A DNA stretch of 30,649 nucleotides from an uncultured Mycoplasmatota bacterium (GCA_947384645.1 CANDHX010000001.1:1-30649), one strand, 5' to 3'; shown: positions 8,299-18,946, counted from the first letter of the stretch. The notes: a model not told the origin generated them from the letters alone. Numbers and translations are program-made.

Positions 8299-8727
8299 TT
8301 ACCACCTATAGACGTCATCGACGAGATTTTCAGGTATATCGAAAAGCCTATTAGTTCTAGCGATATCGATTCTTGTTGCAATACTTATAATCGCAAAAAA
8401 AGACAGTTTCTCTGCATTGGGTAATTTTGTAAATATTTCGTTCCACACATCTTCATCTCTAATTACATCTAAGTATTTTATTCCTTTATAACTCAAAGAT
8501 TTAAGTTTATTATCTTTAAAAATTTCTCCGTCATCATATTGTTGTTTATCCGCAAATAAGACACAACGGTCTCTTTGTAAACAAGTAATGGCTTCTAAAA
8601 AATCTTCTAAAGGATAATTAAGCTTTTTTTGCATATCGCCAACTGTCATATATTCGTTATATGGAATTTTCTCTATCTCTAATAAAATATCTCTACAACA
8701 CTTGCTGTTTGCTATCATACATAACAC
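8299..8727 (-). CDS. DUF2513/YjcQ-like winged-helix protein
   Basis: RDILLEIE at the N-terminus and LSYKGIKYLDVIRDEDVW, resembling the DUF2513 pattern LTWxGHxFLDxIRDxxVW. Own TGTTATAAT promoter and AGAAAGG RBS. Confidence 0.6.
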   Translation of the reverse strand: MLCMIANSKCCRDILLEIEKIPYNEYMTVGDMQKKLNYPLEDFLEAITCLQRDRCVLFADKQQYDDGEIFKDNKLKSLSYKGIKYLDVIRDEDVWNEIFTKLPNAEKLSFFAIISIATRIDIARTNRLFDIPENLVDDVYRW

Positions 8728-8781
8728 TTCCTTTCTATAGTATTATAACAAAAATTTTATTTAAAAAAAAAAGGAAAAGTA

Positions 8782-9891
8782 TTAAAGCTCTCCAAATTTT
8801 TCTATTATTGCATCGACTATTCTTTCGCTTGCATGGCCGTCTCCATATGGGTTAGATGCTTTACTCATCTTATCGTATTCATCTTTACTAGTTAAAAGTT
8901 TTTTAGTTTCTTCATATATGGTATTTTCATCTGTCCCCACTAGTTTCAAGGTACCTGCATCTATTCCTTCTGGACGCTCTGTTGTATTTCTCAAAACGAG
9001 CACTGGCTTCCCTAAACTAGGAGCTTCTTCTTGTATACCGCCGCTATCCGTGAGTATTAGATAAGCTTTATTTTGAAAATTGTGAAAGTCGAACACTTCC
9101 AATGGCTCGATGAGTTTTACTCTATCACTAGCTCCAAAAACTTCGTTAGCAACTTCTCTTACCTTAGGATTTAGATGTATTGGATATATTACTTTGACGT
9201 CGCTAAATTCGTCGACAATTCTTTTAATACCTTTAAAAATATGCCTCATCGGTTCTCCTAAATTTTCTCTTCTATGAGCAGTTAAAAGTATCATCTTCTC
9301 ATTTTCTTTTATCCATTCTAACTCCTTATGAGTATAGTCGTCCTTTACAGTAGTACCCATAGCGTCGATTACTGTATTTCCTGTAATAAAAATTTTCTCT
9401 TTATCGATATTTTCTTTTAAAAGATTATCTTTACTGAGTTCGGTTGGAGCAAAATACATATCGGTTAAACAGTCGACCATTTGCCTATTCATCTCTTCTG
9501 GATACGGAGAATACTTATCGTAAGTTCTAAGTCCAGCTTCGACGTGACCGATTGCAGTTTGGTTATAAAAAGCAGCTAAGGCTCCAGCAAACGTAGTCGT
9601 CGTATCACCATGAACTAAGACGATATCTGGTTCTTCTTTTTTGATAACTTCTTCTAGACCTTGTAAAGCTCTCGTCGTAACTTCTCCCAAAGTTTGACCT
9701 TGCTTCATGATATTCAAATCATAATCCGGTTCGATATCGAAAGTCTCCAAGACTTGGTCTAACATTTCCCTATGTTGAGCAGTAACACACACGATGCTTT
9801 TTATTTCTTTTCTTTTTTCTAACTCTTTGACGAGAGGAGCCATCTTGATAGCCTCTGGTCTCGTTCCAAATACGCTCATTACTTTAATCAT
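8782..9891 (-). CDS. wecB: UDP-N-acetylglucosamine 2-epimerase (non-hydrolysing)
   Basis: FGTRPEAIKMAP, TAQHREMLDQV, VHGDTTT, HVEAGLRT, PYPEEMNR, TAHRREN, TDSGGIQEEAPSLGKP, TERPEG, NPYGDG. Confidence 0.98.
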   Translation of the reverse strand: MIKVMSVFGTRPEAIKMAPLVKELEKRKEIKSIVCVTAQHREMLDQVLETFDIEPDYDLNIMKQGQTLGEVTTRALQGLEEVIKKEEPDIVLVHGDTTTTFAGALAAFYNQTAIGHVEAGLRTYDKYSPYPEEMNRQMVDCLTDMYFAPTELSKDNLLKENIDKEKIFITGNTVIDAMGTTVKDDYTHKELEWIKENEKMILLTAHRRENLGEPMRHIFKGIKRIVDEFSDVKVIYPIHLNPKVREVANEVFGASDRVKLIEPLEVFDFHNFQNKAYLILTDSGGIQEEAPSLGKPVLVLRNTTERPEGIDAGTLKLVGTDENTIYEETKKLLTSKDEYDKMSKASNPYGDGHASERIVDAIIEKFGEL

Positions 9892-9932
9892 AAATTACCT
9901 CTTTCTTATAACAAAATGTTTCTCAAAATAAA

Positions 9933-10913
9933 TCATCTACTAACTTTTAAATTTTTTCCATTATCCTTATTAAAAACGAATAGCTTTATTAAAATGAAAG
10001 TAACTGGCACAGCAATTGTTGCCGATACTAAATAGGAAATAAATTTAGAATAATTTAGTATATTTAAAAAAACAACAACACTGAAAATCTGTATTAAAAA
10101 ATTGGGAATATTATTAACAACATATTTAAAATAACTTTTAAAACTCAATTTTTTTCTAAAATTTAAAACCGAATTCAAAATATATGCAATCGTTAGACTA
10201 GTAACAAATCCAAAGACATAAGAAACAATTGGGTTACTAAAAACTGTATTATATAGATACGCTAAAGCTACACCATTGAACACATTTATCAATCCAATAA
10301 AAACAAAAACGATAAAATCTCTGGATATAAATATCCTAACTAACCTTTTTAGTAAAGACTCTTTATATTCTTGCCATGGAATTAAGCGTTCACCTTTAAC
10401 TATAAATGCATTCTTAGATATTTCCTTAAGAGGCATATCGGATAAAGAATCGCTATAAAAGTTTTCAATTTTTCCTCTAGAGTTAAAACGAATGACTTTT
10501 TCCTTTCCATGGCAGTTTTTTCCTACTAATTCACCTGTTTTAGTATTTACTTTTGTCGCAATTAAAGCTATATTCAATTTTTTACAAATAGGCGACAGCA
10601 AAAATTCTGGAGAAGCACTAATAATTATGTCATTCTCACTTTTAACCTCTAAATACCAATCTTTTATTTTACACTCATTCAAAGACCAAAATTTATTGAC
10701 CATATCTTCTAAATTATCAAAATATTTAATAAAAGCAAAAAAACAAGACTTCATATACTCTTTTTCTTTTATTTTTAGAAGATACAGTACTATAGAGATT
10801 AAAAATCTTGGTAAGACTTTTATACACCTCTTATTTTCATTAAAACAAAACTTAAAAAAGTCGATACTGGAATCTCCATCATATATAGTTCCATCAAAAT
10901 CATAAACATTCAT
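9933..10913 (-). CDS. HAD-family phosphatase fused to a C-terminal GtrA domain
   Basis: YDFDGTIY (DxDGT), IISASPEF, FYSDSLSD. Then four TM helices starting FIVFVFIGLINVF with YILNSVLNF. Confidence 0.85.
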   Translation of the reverse strand: MNVYDFDGTIYDGDSSIDFFKFCFNENKRCIKVLPRFLISIVLYLLKIKEKEYMKSCFFAFIKYFDNLEDMVNKFWSLNECKIKDWYLEVKSENDIIISASPEFLLSPICKKLNIALIATKVNTKTGELVGKNCHGKEKVIRFNSRGKIENFYSDSLSDMPLKEISKNAFIVKGERLIPWQEYKESLLKRLVRIFISRDFIVFVFIGLINVFNGVALAYLYNTVFSNPIVSYVFGFVTSLTIAYILNSVLNFRKKLSFKSYFKYVVNNIPNFLIQIFSVVVFLNILNYSKFISYLVSATIAVPVTFILIKLFVFNKDNGKNLKVSR

Positions 10914-11758
10914 TAGAACACCTCTAACAGCAAAAGCATACTAATTCCATAAATAGTTGCTAAAGCTAATAAAGTTTTATCATTATAAAGAACAGTAGTA
11001 GGATCTCCCTCGTCATAACCTTCAATTATTAAAGAATATCTCATAAATATGATTATCACTAGGGGAATTGTAAAATAGAAATACTTTGCTTCTTGCTCAA
11101 TAGCCCAAAGCGAATAAAATACAAGTGTCAAAGATAAAGTAACATACTGAAATTTATCCAAAAAATCTTTATTATACTGTAAAAGTACTTTTCTACTATT
11201 TTTACTTGTTTGATATTCTTTTTTACGCTTTCCAAGTCCAAAAAAGAAAGATGCACTAACCATAGTTAAAAATAGCCAATTAGATACTCCAACAGAACTT
11301 AATGCAGCACCATAATAGACTCTGATTACAAATCCTGAAGCCAAAAGTGCAACATCTAAAATAGCGACGTTCTTTAATTTGAAACTATATGCTATATTTA
11401 CCATCATATAAGCTAACAAGAATAATAAAGCATCGTTTATAAATTTTAAATTTGTAAAGAAGTTTAAGACAAGCGATAAAACCAATAATACTATCGAGAT
11501 ACCAATAGCTGACTTTCTACTTATCTCGCCACTTGCTAAAGGCCTTTTTCTTTTAGTTGGATGCATCTTATCTTTTTCGATATCTCTTATATCATTTACT
11601 ATATATATAAAGGATGCCATAAACGAAAAAGCTAAAAAACCCAATCCATTAGCAACCAGATTACTATAAGATAAAGATTTAGAAAAAAGAATAGGAATAA
11701 AGATGAGAATATTTTTAATCCAATGCTTTACACGTAACAACTTTAAATATTTTTTCAT
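10913..11758 (-). CDS. UbiA-family polyprenyl-phosphate phosphoribosyltransferase (DPPR synthase-like)
   Basis: LLRVKHWIKN, YIVNDIRDIEKDKMHPTKRKRPLASG, AYSFKLK, LGKRKKE, GDPT. These match the mycobacterial UbiA/DPPR-synthase subfamily pattern. Confidence 0.9.
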   Translation of the reverse strand: MKKYLKLLRVKHWIKNILIFIPILFSKSLSYSNLVANGLGFLAFSFMASFIYIVNDIRDIEKDKMHPTKRKRPLASGEISRKSAIGISIVLLVLSLVLNFFTNLKFINDALLFLLAYMMVNIAYSFKLKNVAILDVALLASGFVIRVYYGAALSSVGVSNWLFLTMVSASFFFGLGKRKKEYQTSKNSRKVLLQYNKDFLDKFQYVTLSLTLVFYSLWAIEQEAKYFYFTIPLVIIIFMRYSLIIEGYDEGDPTTVLYNDKTLLALATIYGISMLLLLEVF

Positions 11759-11761
11759 AAT

Positions 11762-13477
11762 TTACTCTTCCTTATTTTCCAAATCAACACATACTTTACC
11801 ATTCATTAAATATAGTATGTCATCTTTTTCACAAATGTCTTCCACAATTTCTACATTAGAAAATTTATCGATTACATTAAATAGTGCACCAGGCAATTCT
11901 TTGCTCGATACTTTAATGGTTTGTTCATCTTTTAAAACTCTTTGAACTTCGTCAATTTCTTTAGAACCTTGGAGCATTCCATAACCAATGGATTCATATA
12001 CACTATTAAATATTATATAAAAGTTGATTAGCAAGGCCAATACAATAAATTTACTGATATTTTTTGGTAAATCACCATTCATACCATTTAATAAAAACAA
12101 TACTATAAATGGTATGAGATATAATTGAGGTAAATATCTAGCCCACCAGCTCTCTTTTAGGATTAAAATTATAAATAACGTTGCAAATAAAGGCAAGAAA
12201 GCAATTATAGTTTTTTCATCAAATTTTCTCTTTTTAAATAAAAAGTACACTATGCCGAGACAGCTTGTAATAAGTATGCCGCCAAACAAGACTCCATATC
12301 CAGCAATTCTTGTATCGGGCATAGAAAATTGAGTAATCTCTCTACTTCTAAAAGTAAATGGTATTTTCAATTTATAACTTTTATTTCCTGTATTGCTCTC
12401 ATTAGTCGTTTCAGATAAATTAGAAACCAAAAATCTTTTAATTCTATTCATCTCTATAAGTCCAGTTGGAGTATTTGTATCCATTATGTCCACCGCATCG
12501 CTACCATATAAAGGATAAAAAGGATTACCATGGTCTAAAAAATTTTTGGGATAAGTAGATACTCCTATGATACCTATTCCAACAAATAAAGAAAGAACAG
12601 CAGTTATCGTCAACCATTTAAAATTTTCTAACCTTTGTTTCTTATTTATCAAAAAATAGAGATAAAAAACAAAAGAATAGATACCAGCATACGCAAATCC
12701 AGTAAACTTTATATTTATTAAGATACACAATGTCATAAAATATAATATAAAGTTTTGCGATTTTTCTATTGAATTACTCTTTTTTGACATAATGAATAGA
12801 GAAATGAGCATCACTATTAAGAAATTTCCTAAAATGCCGTCGTTATAAAAGGTACCAAACTGGCATAGAATAACCGGATTCAAAGCTATTAAAAAGGCTA
12901 ATATATAATTCAAATACTTGCTTTTAAAATTTAATATTGCTAATACAAAAGCAAAAGTAGATATTATTAATAATAAGGTAATACTCTTCCCACATTCAAT
13001 ATTTCCAGTTATATTATATACATTAGCAGCATAAGTCCAGGTCGCCTTTCCATAGTGGTCATTCCAAATACCAGCTGCATCGCTTACTTGAACACTACTC
13101 TCTTCATTAAAGTCTTCGATACTTTGATAAATAGGGTTCCAGCCTTTACTCATTTGTCCAATTGCAATTTTGTGATATAGATTTCCATCGCATGAATTGT
13201 CAAGAATTTTTCCTGAAACATAAAAACTTCCCCCGATAAATAATAACAATAATAGAGAAACGATTGCTATCTCTTTTTTACTATACCGATGTCTATAATA
13301 AATATAACTCCAGCAACCTAAAGATAACAGAAAGGCTATAATAAAATTCCACTCAGATATAGAAATCTTTATAATCCATAAAAAACTAGTTACAAAGATA
13401 TTAAAGAAAATGAAACTTATTAACATAAAAGCAAAATCATAAATTATATTCTTTTTCATAATTAACCTCAATTCCAC
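11762..13477 (-). CDS. Polytopic membrane protein, putative GT-C glycosyltransferase
   Basis: About 12-13 TM segments. First loop DGNLYH, plus YNDG, HGNPFYP, DTRIAGYG and WWARYLPQ. Adjacent to UbiA and HAD-GtrA. Confidence 0.65.
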   Translation of the reverse strand: MELRLIMKKNIIYDFAFMLISFIFFNIFVTSFLWIIKISISEWNFIIAFLLSLGCWSYIYYRHRYSKKEIAIVSLLLLLFIGGSFYVSGKILDNSCDGNLYHKIAIGQMSKGWNPIYQSIEDFNEESSVQVSDAAGIWNDHYGKATWTYAANVYNITGNIECGKSITLLLIISTFAFVLAILNFKSKYLNYILAFLIALNPVILCQFGTFYNDGILGNFLIVMLISLFIMSKKSNSIEKSQNFILYFMTLCILINIKFTGFAYAGIYSFVFYLYFLINKKQRLENFKWLTITAVLSLFVGIGIIGVSTYPKNFLDHGNPFYPLYGSDAVDIMDTNTPTGLIEMNRIKRFLVSNLSETTNESNTGNKSYKLKIPFTFRSREITQFSMPDTRIAGYGVLFGGILITSCLGIVYFLFKKRKFDEKTIIAFLPLFATLFIILILKESWWARYLPQLYLIPFIVLFLLNGMNGDLPKNISKFIVLALLINFYIIFNSVYESIGYGMLQGSKEIDEVQRVLKDEQTIKVSSKELPGALFNVIDKFSNVEIVEDICEKDDILYLMNGKVCVDLENKEE

Positions 13478-15237
13478 CTAACAGGTTCACTTTCTGGAGC
13501 AATCACATCCACTTCATATTTAGGTCTATCGATATACATTTCTTGAGTATGACCATTATAATAATCTATAATCCTTTTTAAAGAATTTTCTTTAGAATAA
13601 AAATCCAAATAATCATCCATTATATCCATATCGATTTCGCTTAATCCGTCGGCACTATAGAAGTCTAAAGAAAAATTATAGACCGGCATAGTATATGGAA
13701 ACTTATTAAAAATTTTATCATCACTACAAAAGCTAATTCGCCGTCCAGTTGCATATGCTAATAAAATATTTCTATATTTATTTATTATGCTGTCATCCTG
13801 GAAAGATATAATTCTTGCAAAATGAGAATAGGTTTGATATTCCATTCCAAATACCTTATTTGGATAATAGATAAAATTAGAATAATTATTTTTTAATTCG
13901 AGCAATTTTTCATTCTCGATTTCATCCAAGAGAACAAATACGATGTCATTATTATTAGCAAGTATATTTTTGATATTCGTTATATCGATTGTAAAAGAAT
14001 TTATATGCGTTCCAAAAATAGGTTTTTTTATAGGTACCAAATCATCTTGATAAAAGCTGTGAGCAAACATATTGCGAGCTCTATATGCTTCACGAGGAAT
14101 CTCTACTCCTCTAAAAGTTTTAACAACTTCTTTATCTAATTTGTTATTTACTAATGTATAAAAAGTGTCGTCTACTTTTACATATACGTCTTCTTTAACT
14201 GAACACCCTGTAAAAACTATATTCTTTTTTGTTTTGGTATCTGCCGTCTTAATTACATCGACTGGCAGTCTATTTAAATAGTGGAAGATTTCTTCATCGA
14301 CACTTTTATCGACGATTACACTACATTTTTGCTGACACCATTTTATCCTCTCTTGTTCATAATTTTTAAGATTTTCCAAACGGGATTGATGCATCTTAGC
14401 TTTCTTTGTTTCAAGCTCGTGACTCATAGAATTGTCGTGAACCCTATAGTAATAGTAAGGCTCCATATTTCTAATATGTGTTAAAGAACCCGTCTTTTCC
14501 AGTCTTAACCAAAAATCATAATCTTCTGCTCCGATGATGTCATCGCCATAGATACCCATTAAAACATCGCTATTTTCTTTTCGATATAAAAAGCTTGCAT
14601 TAATATAATTATCTGTCCCTATGCTAAGTGGCTTTTCTGTTCTGGATAACCTGATAATGCGTGGCTTCTTAATATCCCTTTCGACATCTCTACATGGACC
14701 ATAAAACGATTTACCTTTGGCATCGATAAGTGAAACATCACCGTACACTAAGGCTGCTTTGGGATTTTCTAATAGCTTTTCGACTAATTTTTCGATCATG
14801 ATTGGCTTCATAACGTTATCTGCAGATGTCCAAGTTATAAAATCACCAGTAGCAAGAGCGTGGAGATGTGTCAAAGCTCTTGGCAATTTTTGATTAGATT
14901 GGGTATATATTTTGACGTTTTCTAAATTTTTATACGGCTCCAACTTTTCCAATAAGTTATCCTTTGATCCGTCGTCTAAAATGATTAATTCTATATTCTT
15001 ATAAGTTTGATTAAGTATCGAATCGACTGCTTGGATAGCAACTTCTGCGTGATTATAAATGGGAAGCAAAATGGACACTTTTGGACCTTCTATAAAAACT
15101 TTATTGCTTTTTTTATATCCGTCTGGAATAAAACGCTTGCTCGAAAACTTTAAATCGACTGTCCTTTTGATATGTCTTTTTAACTTTTCCTTTTTTTCTT
15201 CATTTGACAAAGCTAAAAATCTTTTTAACTTACTCAT
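13468..15237 (-). CDS. GT2 glycosyltransferase with uncharacterised C-terminal region
   Basis: VSILLPIYN, ILDDGSKD, GDFITWTSADN, AEDYDFWLRL, YRVHDNSMS. Confidence 0.9.
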   Translation of the reverse strand: MSKLKRFLALSNEEKKEKLKRHIKRTVDLKFSSKRFIPDGYKKSNKVFIEGPKVSILLPIYNHAEVAIQAVDSILNQTYKNIELIILDDGSKDNLLEKLEPYKNLENVKIYTQSNQKLPRALTHLHALATGDFITWTSADNVMKPIMIEKLVEKLLENPKAALVYGDVSLIDAKGKSFYGPCRDVERDIKKPRIIRLSRTEKPLSIGTDNYINASFLYRKENSDVLMGIYGDDIIGAEDYDFWLRLEKTGSLTHIRNMEPYYYYRVHDNSMSHELETKKAKMHQSRLENLKNYEQERIKWCQQKCSVIVDKSVDEEIFHYLNRLPVDVIKTADTKTKKNIVFTGCSVKEDVYVKVDDTFYTLVNNKLDKEVVKTFRGVEIPREAYRARNMFAHSFYQDDLVPIKKPIFGTHINSFTIDITNIKNILANNNDIVFVLLDEIENEKLLELKNNYSNFIYYPNKVFGMEYQTYSHFARIISFQDDSIINKYRNILLAYATGRRISFCSDDKIFNKFPYTMPVYNFSLDFYSADGLSEIDMDIMDDYLDFYSKENSLKRIIDYYNGHTQEMYIDRPKYEVDVIAPESEPVRWN

Positions 15238-15248
15238 CTCAATTCAAC

Positions 15249-17360
15249 TCATTTCTCTTTAAAATACTTCTTTTTTATGAATACATCTACTTTAAATTTT
15301 TTTCCTACTTTCACTAAAGACCTCCACCACCAATGCTTCCACAATCTTTGTCTCATGTTGTTTTTAAAACTTTCATAATCGATAGCATTATTATAGTATT
15401 CTTTTGAACTTTCATTAAATAAAACTAGATATCTAACTGCAAACTCCTCACTATATAAAGCTTTTAATTTAGACCCCGTACTGATGTAATGACTAATGTT
15501 TTCGTTTATAGTTTCATATAATTGCTTTTTTCCAAAATTTTTAATTACATAGTTTCGGCATTTATCATCTTTAGTATACTTTTCTTTATTGTCGATTATA
15601 TTTAAAATAGATTTTGTATAAGCAGCTACTTCTTCATCGTCATAGTCGAAATTATATAAATCGGTTGCTATATTTTGATAAGGTTTAACTGTTGCCCCTA
15701 CGTCATCAGTGACAACTTCACCTTGCCCACCGACCAAAGCAGAGACTACTGGCACATTCATAGCTAATGACTCATAAGTCGTTAAAGTTATGCCTTCTGA
15801 TAAAGAACATATCACAGTTACGTCCGCCATTTTATAGTACTCTTCTATACTGCTTTTCATAGGTATCAAACGCACATTATTACCTAAGTCTAATTTATTA
15901 ATCCAAGATCTAATGTCTTCTTCAGCTAGACCTCCACCGACCATTAAAAGGACGATATCACTTCTTTTAGCTAGTATTCTTTTCAATACGTGAAGCAAAA
16001 AGATAGGTCTTTTCTCATAAGAAAATCTACTTGGAAAAAGCAAAACTTTTTTATTTTTACAAAACTCTAAAGTATCGTCATCTTGGATGTTTACTTTACT
16101 CGGATTGTATTTATCGGTATCGACACCTATATATAGAGTTTCGACGTTCTCCACTTGTCTATTCATTTTTTCAAACATCAAGTTTTTAAGATGTGCATTA
16201 CATGTAAAAGTTTTTTCTAAAATGTCTTGAACACAGACTGAATCTTTCGGAAATCCTCCATTTCTCCAAGCAAAATCCTCGGCGTGTAAATAATCTATAA
16301 AAGGAATTTTAGGGAACATATACTTTAACCAAGGCAATACGTGATAACCGTATAAACTGCTCAATTGAAATACTAACTTGACGTTTTTAGTTACGATTAA
16401 ATCGTGAATAAAATCTGCCCAATAAGTCCTATCTAAAAAGCTCGTCAAATCGTAAAAAGCCTCCACTACCTGTTCCATTCTTTGTCTAGCCTCATATGGA
16501 CAAACTTCAGTACTTATCAAATATATCTTATAGCCTCTTCTTTTTAAATCCTCGAATATATTTAAATTAAAAGCATCCGCTCCACCAATCTTTGCCCAAG
16601 GAACCATACATAAAATAGTTTTCTCATCGTTTTCTTCGCTTAAAGAAAACTTAATTCGTTTAGGACCGGAGTCGTGATTATATGAAGAAGTCATTGGAAA
16701 ATTGATATAGTTTCCTTGAACTTTAATTTTATTTTGAACTACTTCTTGTTGCCAAACTCCATAAAAATTTAAATGAACATACTTTAACTTATTAAAGTTA
16801 CTAATGCTTGTAATACCCGGTATGACATCTATTATAAGCTCTTTTTTAACACAAAAAGTACTAGCACAAAAACTTATGAGCTTTCTTCTTAGAGATAATA
16901 AGGAAGAATTGTATTCTCGTCTTTCATTTATAGATAGTACATTGGTATAAATTATATCGACATCTCTTACAACTATAGAAGTATAAAATGCATCGAGTAA
17001 AGTTCTATCGAGAAATGTTTTCATATCTATTGGAATCGCCCAAGTTGTCTCAATTATTTTTTTCAAAGCCTCGATTTTAGAGTTTTCCCTACTAATACTC
17101 TTAATCACTATTCTCTTTTCTTTTTTGAAGTTTTTATCAAAAAATTCATTGATATCTTTGACGATTTTTTCATCACAAAAAATTAGCCAAATAAAACTTT
17201 TAAAAGTCTGATTTAAAACGCTATTTATCGTTCTATTATCTATATCGTTTAAAGAAGAGATAAAAGTATAAAAGGTAAAAAAAGGTTTTTCACAAGAAGA
17301 ACTTTTTTCTAGTAACTCTTTTCCTGGTATCTCTTTATAATCTATAAATTCTCTATTCAT
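15249..17360 (-). CDS. Two-domain glycosyltransferase (degenerate GT-A-like N-terminus, GT4 C-terminus)
   Basis: PWAKIGGAD, YIGVDTDKYNP, RFSYEKRP, SEGITLTTYESLAMNVPVVSALVGGQGEVV. Confidence 0.85.
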   Translation of the reverse strand: MNREFIDYKEIPGKELLEKSSSCEKPFFTFYTFISSLNDIDNRTINSVLNQTFKSFIWLIFCDEKIVKDINEFFDKNFKKEKRIVIKSISRENSKIEALKKIIETTWAIPIDMKTFLDRTLLDAFYTSIVVRDVDIIYTNVLSINERREYNSSLLSLRRKLISFCASTFCVKKELIIDVIPGITSISNFNKLKYVHLNFYGVWQQEVVQNKIKVQGNYINFPMTSSYNHDSGPKRIKFSLSEENDEKTILCMVPWAKIGGADAFNLNIFEDLKRRGYKIYLISTEVCPYEARQRMEQVVEAFYDLTSFLDRTYWADFIHDLIVTKNVKLVFQLSSLYGYHVLPWLKYMFPKIPFIDYLHAEDFAWRNGGFPKDSVCVQDILEKTFTCNAHLKNLMFEKMNRQVENVETLYIGVDTDKYNPSKVNIQDDDTLEFCKNKKVLLFPSRFSYEKRPIFLLHVLKRILAKRSDIVLLMVGGGLAEEDIRSWINKLDLGNNVRLIPMKSSIEEYYKMADVTVICSLSEGITLTTYESLAMNVPVVSALVGGQGEVVTDDVGATVKPYQNIATDLYNFDYDDEEVAAYTKSILNIIDNKEKYTKDDKCRNYVIKNFGKKQLYETINENISHYISTGSKLKALYSEEFAVRYLVLFNESSKEYYNNAIDYESFKNNMRQRLWKHWWWRSLVKVGKKFKVDVFIKKKYFKEK

Positions 17361-17363
17361 ATG

Positions 17364-18140
17364 TTACTCCTGTTTATCTATTATTGATTTGTAATACTCA
17401 TCACACACTTCTTTTTTACCAACTTTTAAAACTTTACCCTTTTCTAACCATATGACTTTACTGCATAACTTTTTAATCGATTCTAACGAATGAGAAACAT
17501 ATAAAACAGTCGTTCCTCCATTGATCATTTGCATCATTTTTTCTTCGCTCTTTGCTTGGAATGCTAAATCTCCTACTGATAAAATTTCGTCGACTATTAA
17601 AATTTCTGGTTCTACGATCGTAGCAATCGAAAATGCAAGTCGTGCAACCATACCAGACGAAAAATTTTGAACGGGAACATCTAAGAACTCCCTTAACTCT
17701 GAAAATTCGACGATTTCATCGAATTTAGAATCGATAAATTCCTTTGTATATCCCATTACAGCGCCGTTTAAGTAGATGTTTTCTCTAGCTGTTAATTGTG
17801 GATCGAACCCCGCTCCAAGCTCTATCATTGGACATATGTTGCCATAGGCAAAAACACGTCCTTTAGTAGGCTTCATAACTCCGGCGACTACTTTTAACAG
17901 AGTCGACTTACCCGCTCCGTTGGAACCGATTAAACCGACGACTTCGCCTTTATCAATCGTAAAGTCGACCCCCGATAAAGCCCAAAATTCGTTTTTCTTT
18001 TTTTCTTCCTTATGCTTTTTTCTCATTTTTGCATTAAACAGATTTACAAAGCCCTGTTTCAAAGAAAAACCTTTATCAATCCCTAAATTAAATCGCATAG
18101 AGACGTCTTTAATTTCTATCATTTTTTCTCGTTTTTCCAT
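17364..18140 (-). CDS. wzt: Polysaccharide/teichoic-acid ABC exporter ATPase (Wzt/TagH)
   Basis: FWAL, GSNGAGKSTLLK, LTAREN, FSSGMVARLAFS, ILIVDEILSVGD, VSHS. No C-terminal carbohydrate-binding domain. Confidence 0.95.
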   Translation of the reverse strand: MEKREKMIEIKDVSMRFNLGIDKGFSLKQGFVNLFNAKMRKKHKEEKKKNEFWALSGVDFTIDKGEVVGLIGSNGAGKSTLLKVVAGVMKPTKGRVFAYGNICPMIELGAGFDPQLTARENIYLNGAVMGYTKEFIDSKFDEIVEFSELREFLDVPVQNFSSGMVARLAFSIATIVEPEILIVDEILSVGDLAFQAKSEEKMMQMINGGTTVLYVSHSLESIKKLCSKVIWLEKGKVLKVGKKEVCDEYYKSIIDKQE

Positions 18141-18148
18141 AAGCCCTC

Positions 18149-18946
18149 CTATACATAGTAAATGAACTTATCTTGGTTCTTTTTGAAAATAGCTGCACCT
18201 ATTACTAAGAAACCAAATCCACAAATGAACGAATATATCCAAACATTAAGTCCCGGAGCTTGGTGATACAAGATGATATCTCTTGCAAACTTTATAAACC
18301 AATACAATGGATTTAATTTGAAAATAACTTGTAATTTTGGAGAAATAGCAAGCGTTGCAAAGTCGTACATGATAGGTGTTAAATACGTCCATAAAGTAAG
18401 TACTACACCATAAATATAGAACATATCTCGTAAGAAAACAGAAACAGTAGCTAAGATAAAACCGAAGCCCAACGTAAACATGAATAGACATAAAAATGCG
18501 TAAGGCAACAACAAATGATATATGTTAATTCCCGTACCAGTTATGAATATCAAAGCATAAAGAGGTATCAGAGTTAATAAAAAGTTGATACCAACGAAAA
18601 GACACTTAGAAAGTGGAAAAATATATTTTGGCATATAGACCTTATTTATAAGGCTAAAATTTGCAACTACACTGCTCATCGCTAAGTTGGATGCCTCACT
18701 AAAATAGTTAAACATGACGAGTCCACTCATGAGATATACTAAATAGTTAACTCCTGGCGTTCTCATATTAAACATGTTTGTAAAAACTAATGCCATGACA
18801 GACATGGTCAAAATTGGATATAAAAGGCTCCATACGATACCTAAAACGCTTCTTTTATATTTAACTTTAAAATCTCTCGATACTAGTTGAGCTAATAAAA
18901 ATTTATATTTATGAATACTGTACTTTATATTGTTTATTACATTCAT
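18149..18946 (-). CDS. wzm: Polysaccharide ABC exporter permease (Wzm/TagG); start taken at ATG 18946
   Basis: LVSRDFKVKYKRSVLGIVWSLLYP, YLTPIMY, LNPL. AAGGTGG RBS before 18946. The ORF-track extension to 19000 overlaps a TTGCTA-17-TATAAT promoter. Confidence 0.93.
   Translation of the reverse strand: MNVINNIKYSIHKYKFLLAQLVSRDFKVKYKRSVLGIVWSLLYPILTMSVMALVFTNMFNMRTPGVNYLVYLMSGLVMFNYFSEASNLAMSSVVANFSLINKVYMPKYIFPLSKCLFVGINFLLTLIPLYALIFITGTGINIYHLLLPYAFLCLFMFTLGFGFILATVSVFLRDMFYIYGVVLTLWTYLTPIMYDFATLAISPKLQVIFKLNPLYWFIKFARDIILYHQAPGLNVWIYSFICGFGFLVIGAAIFKKNQDKFIYYV

Noticed and set aside
18246-18491. 81-aa minus-strand ORF inside wzm
   Set aside because: It is an alternative frame nested in a conserved gene.
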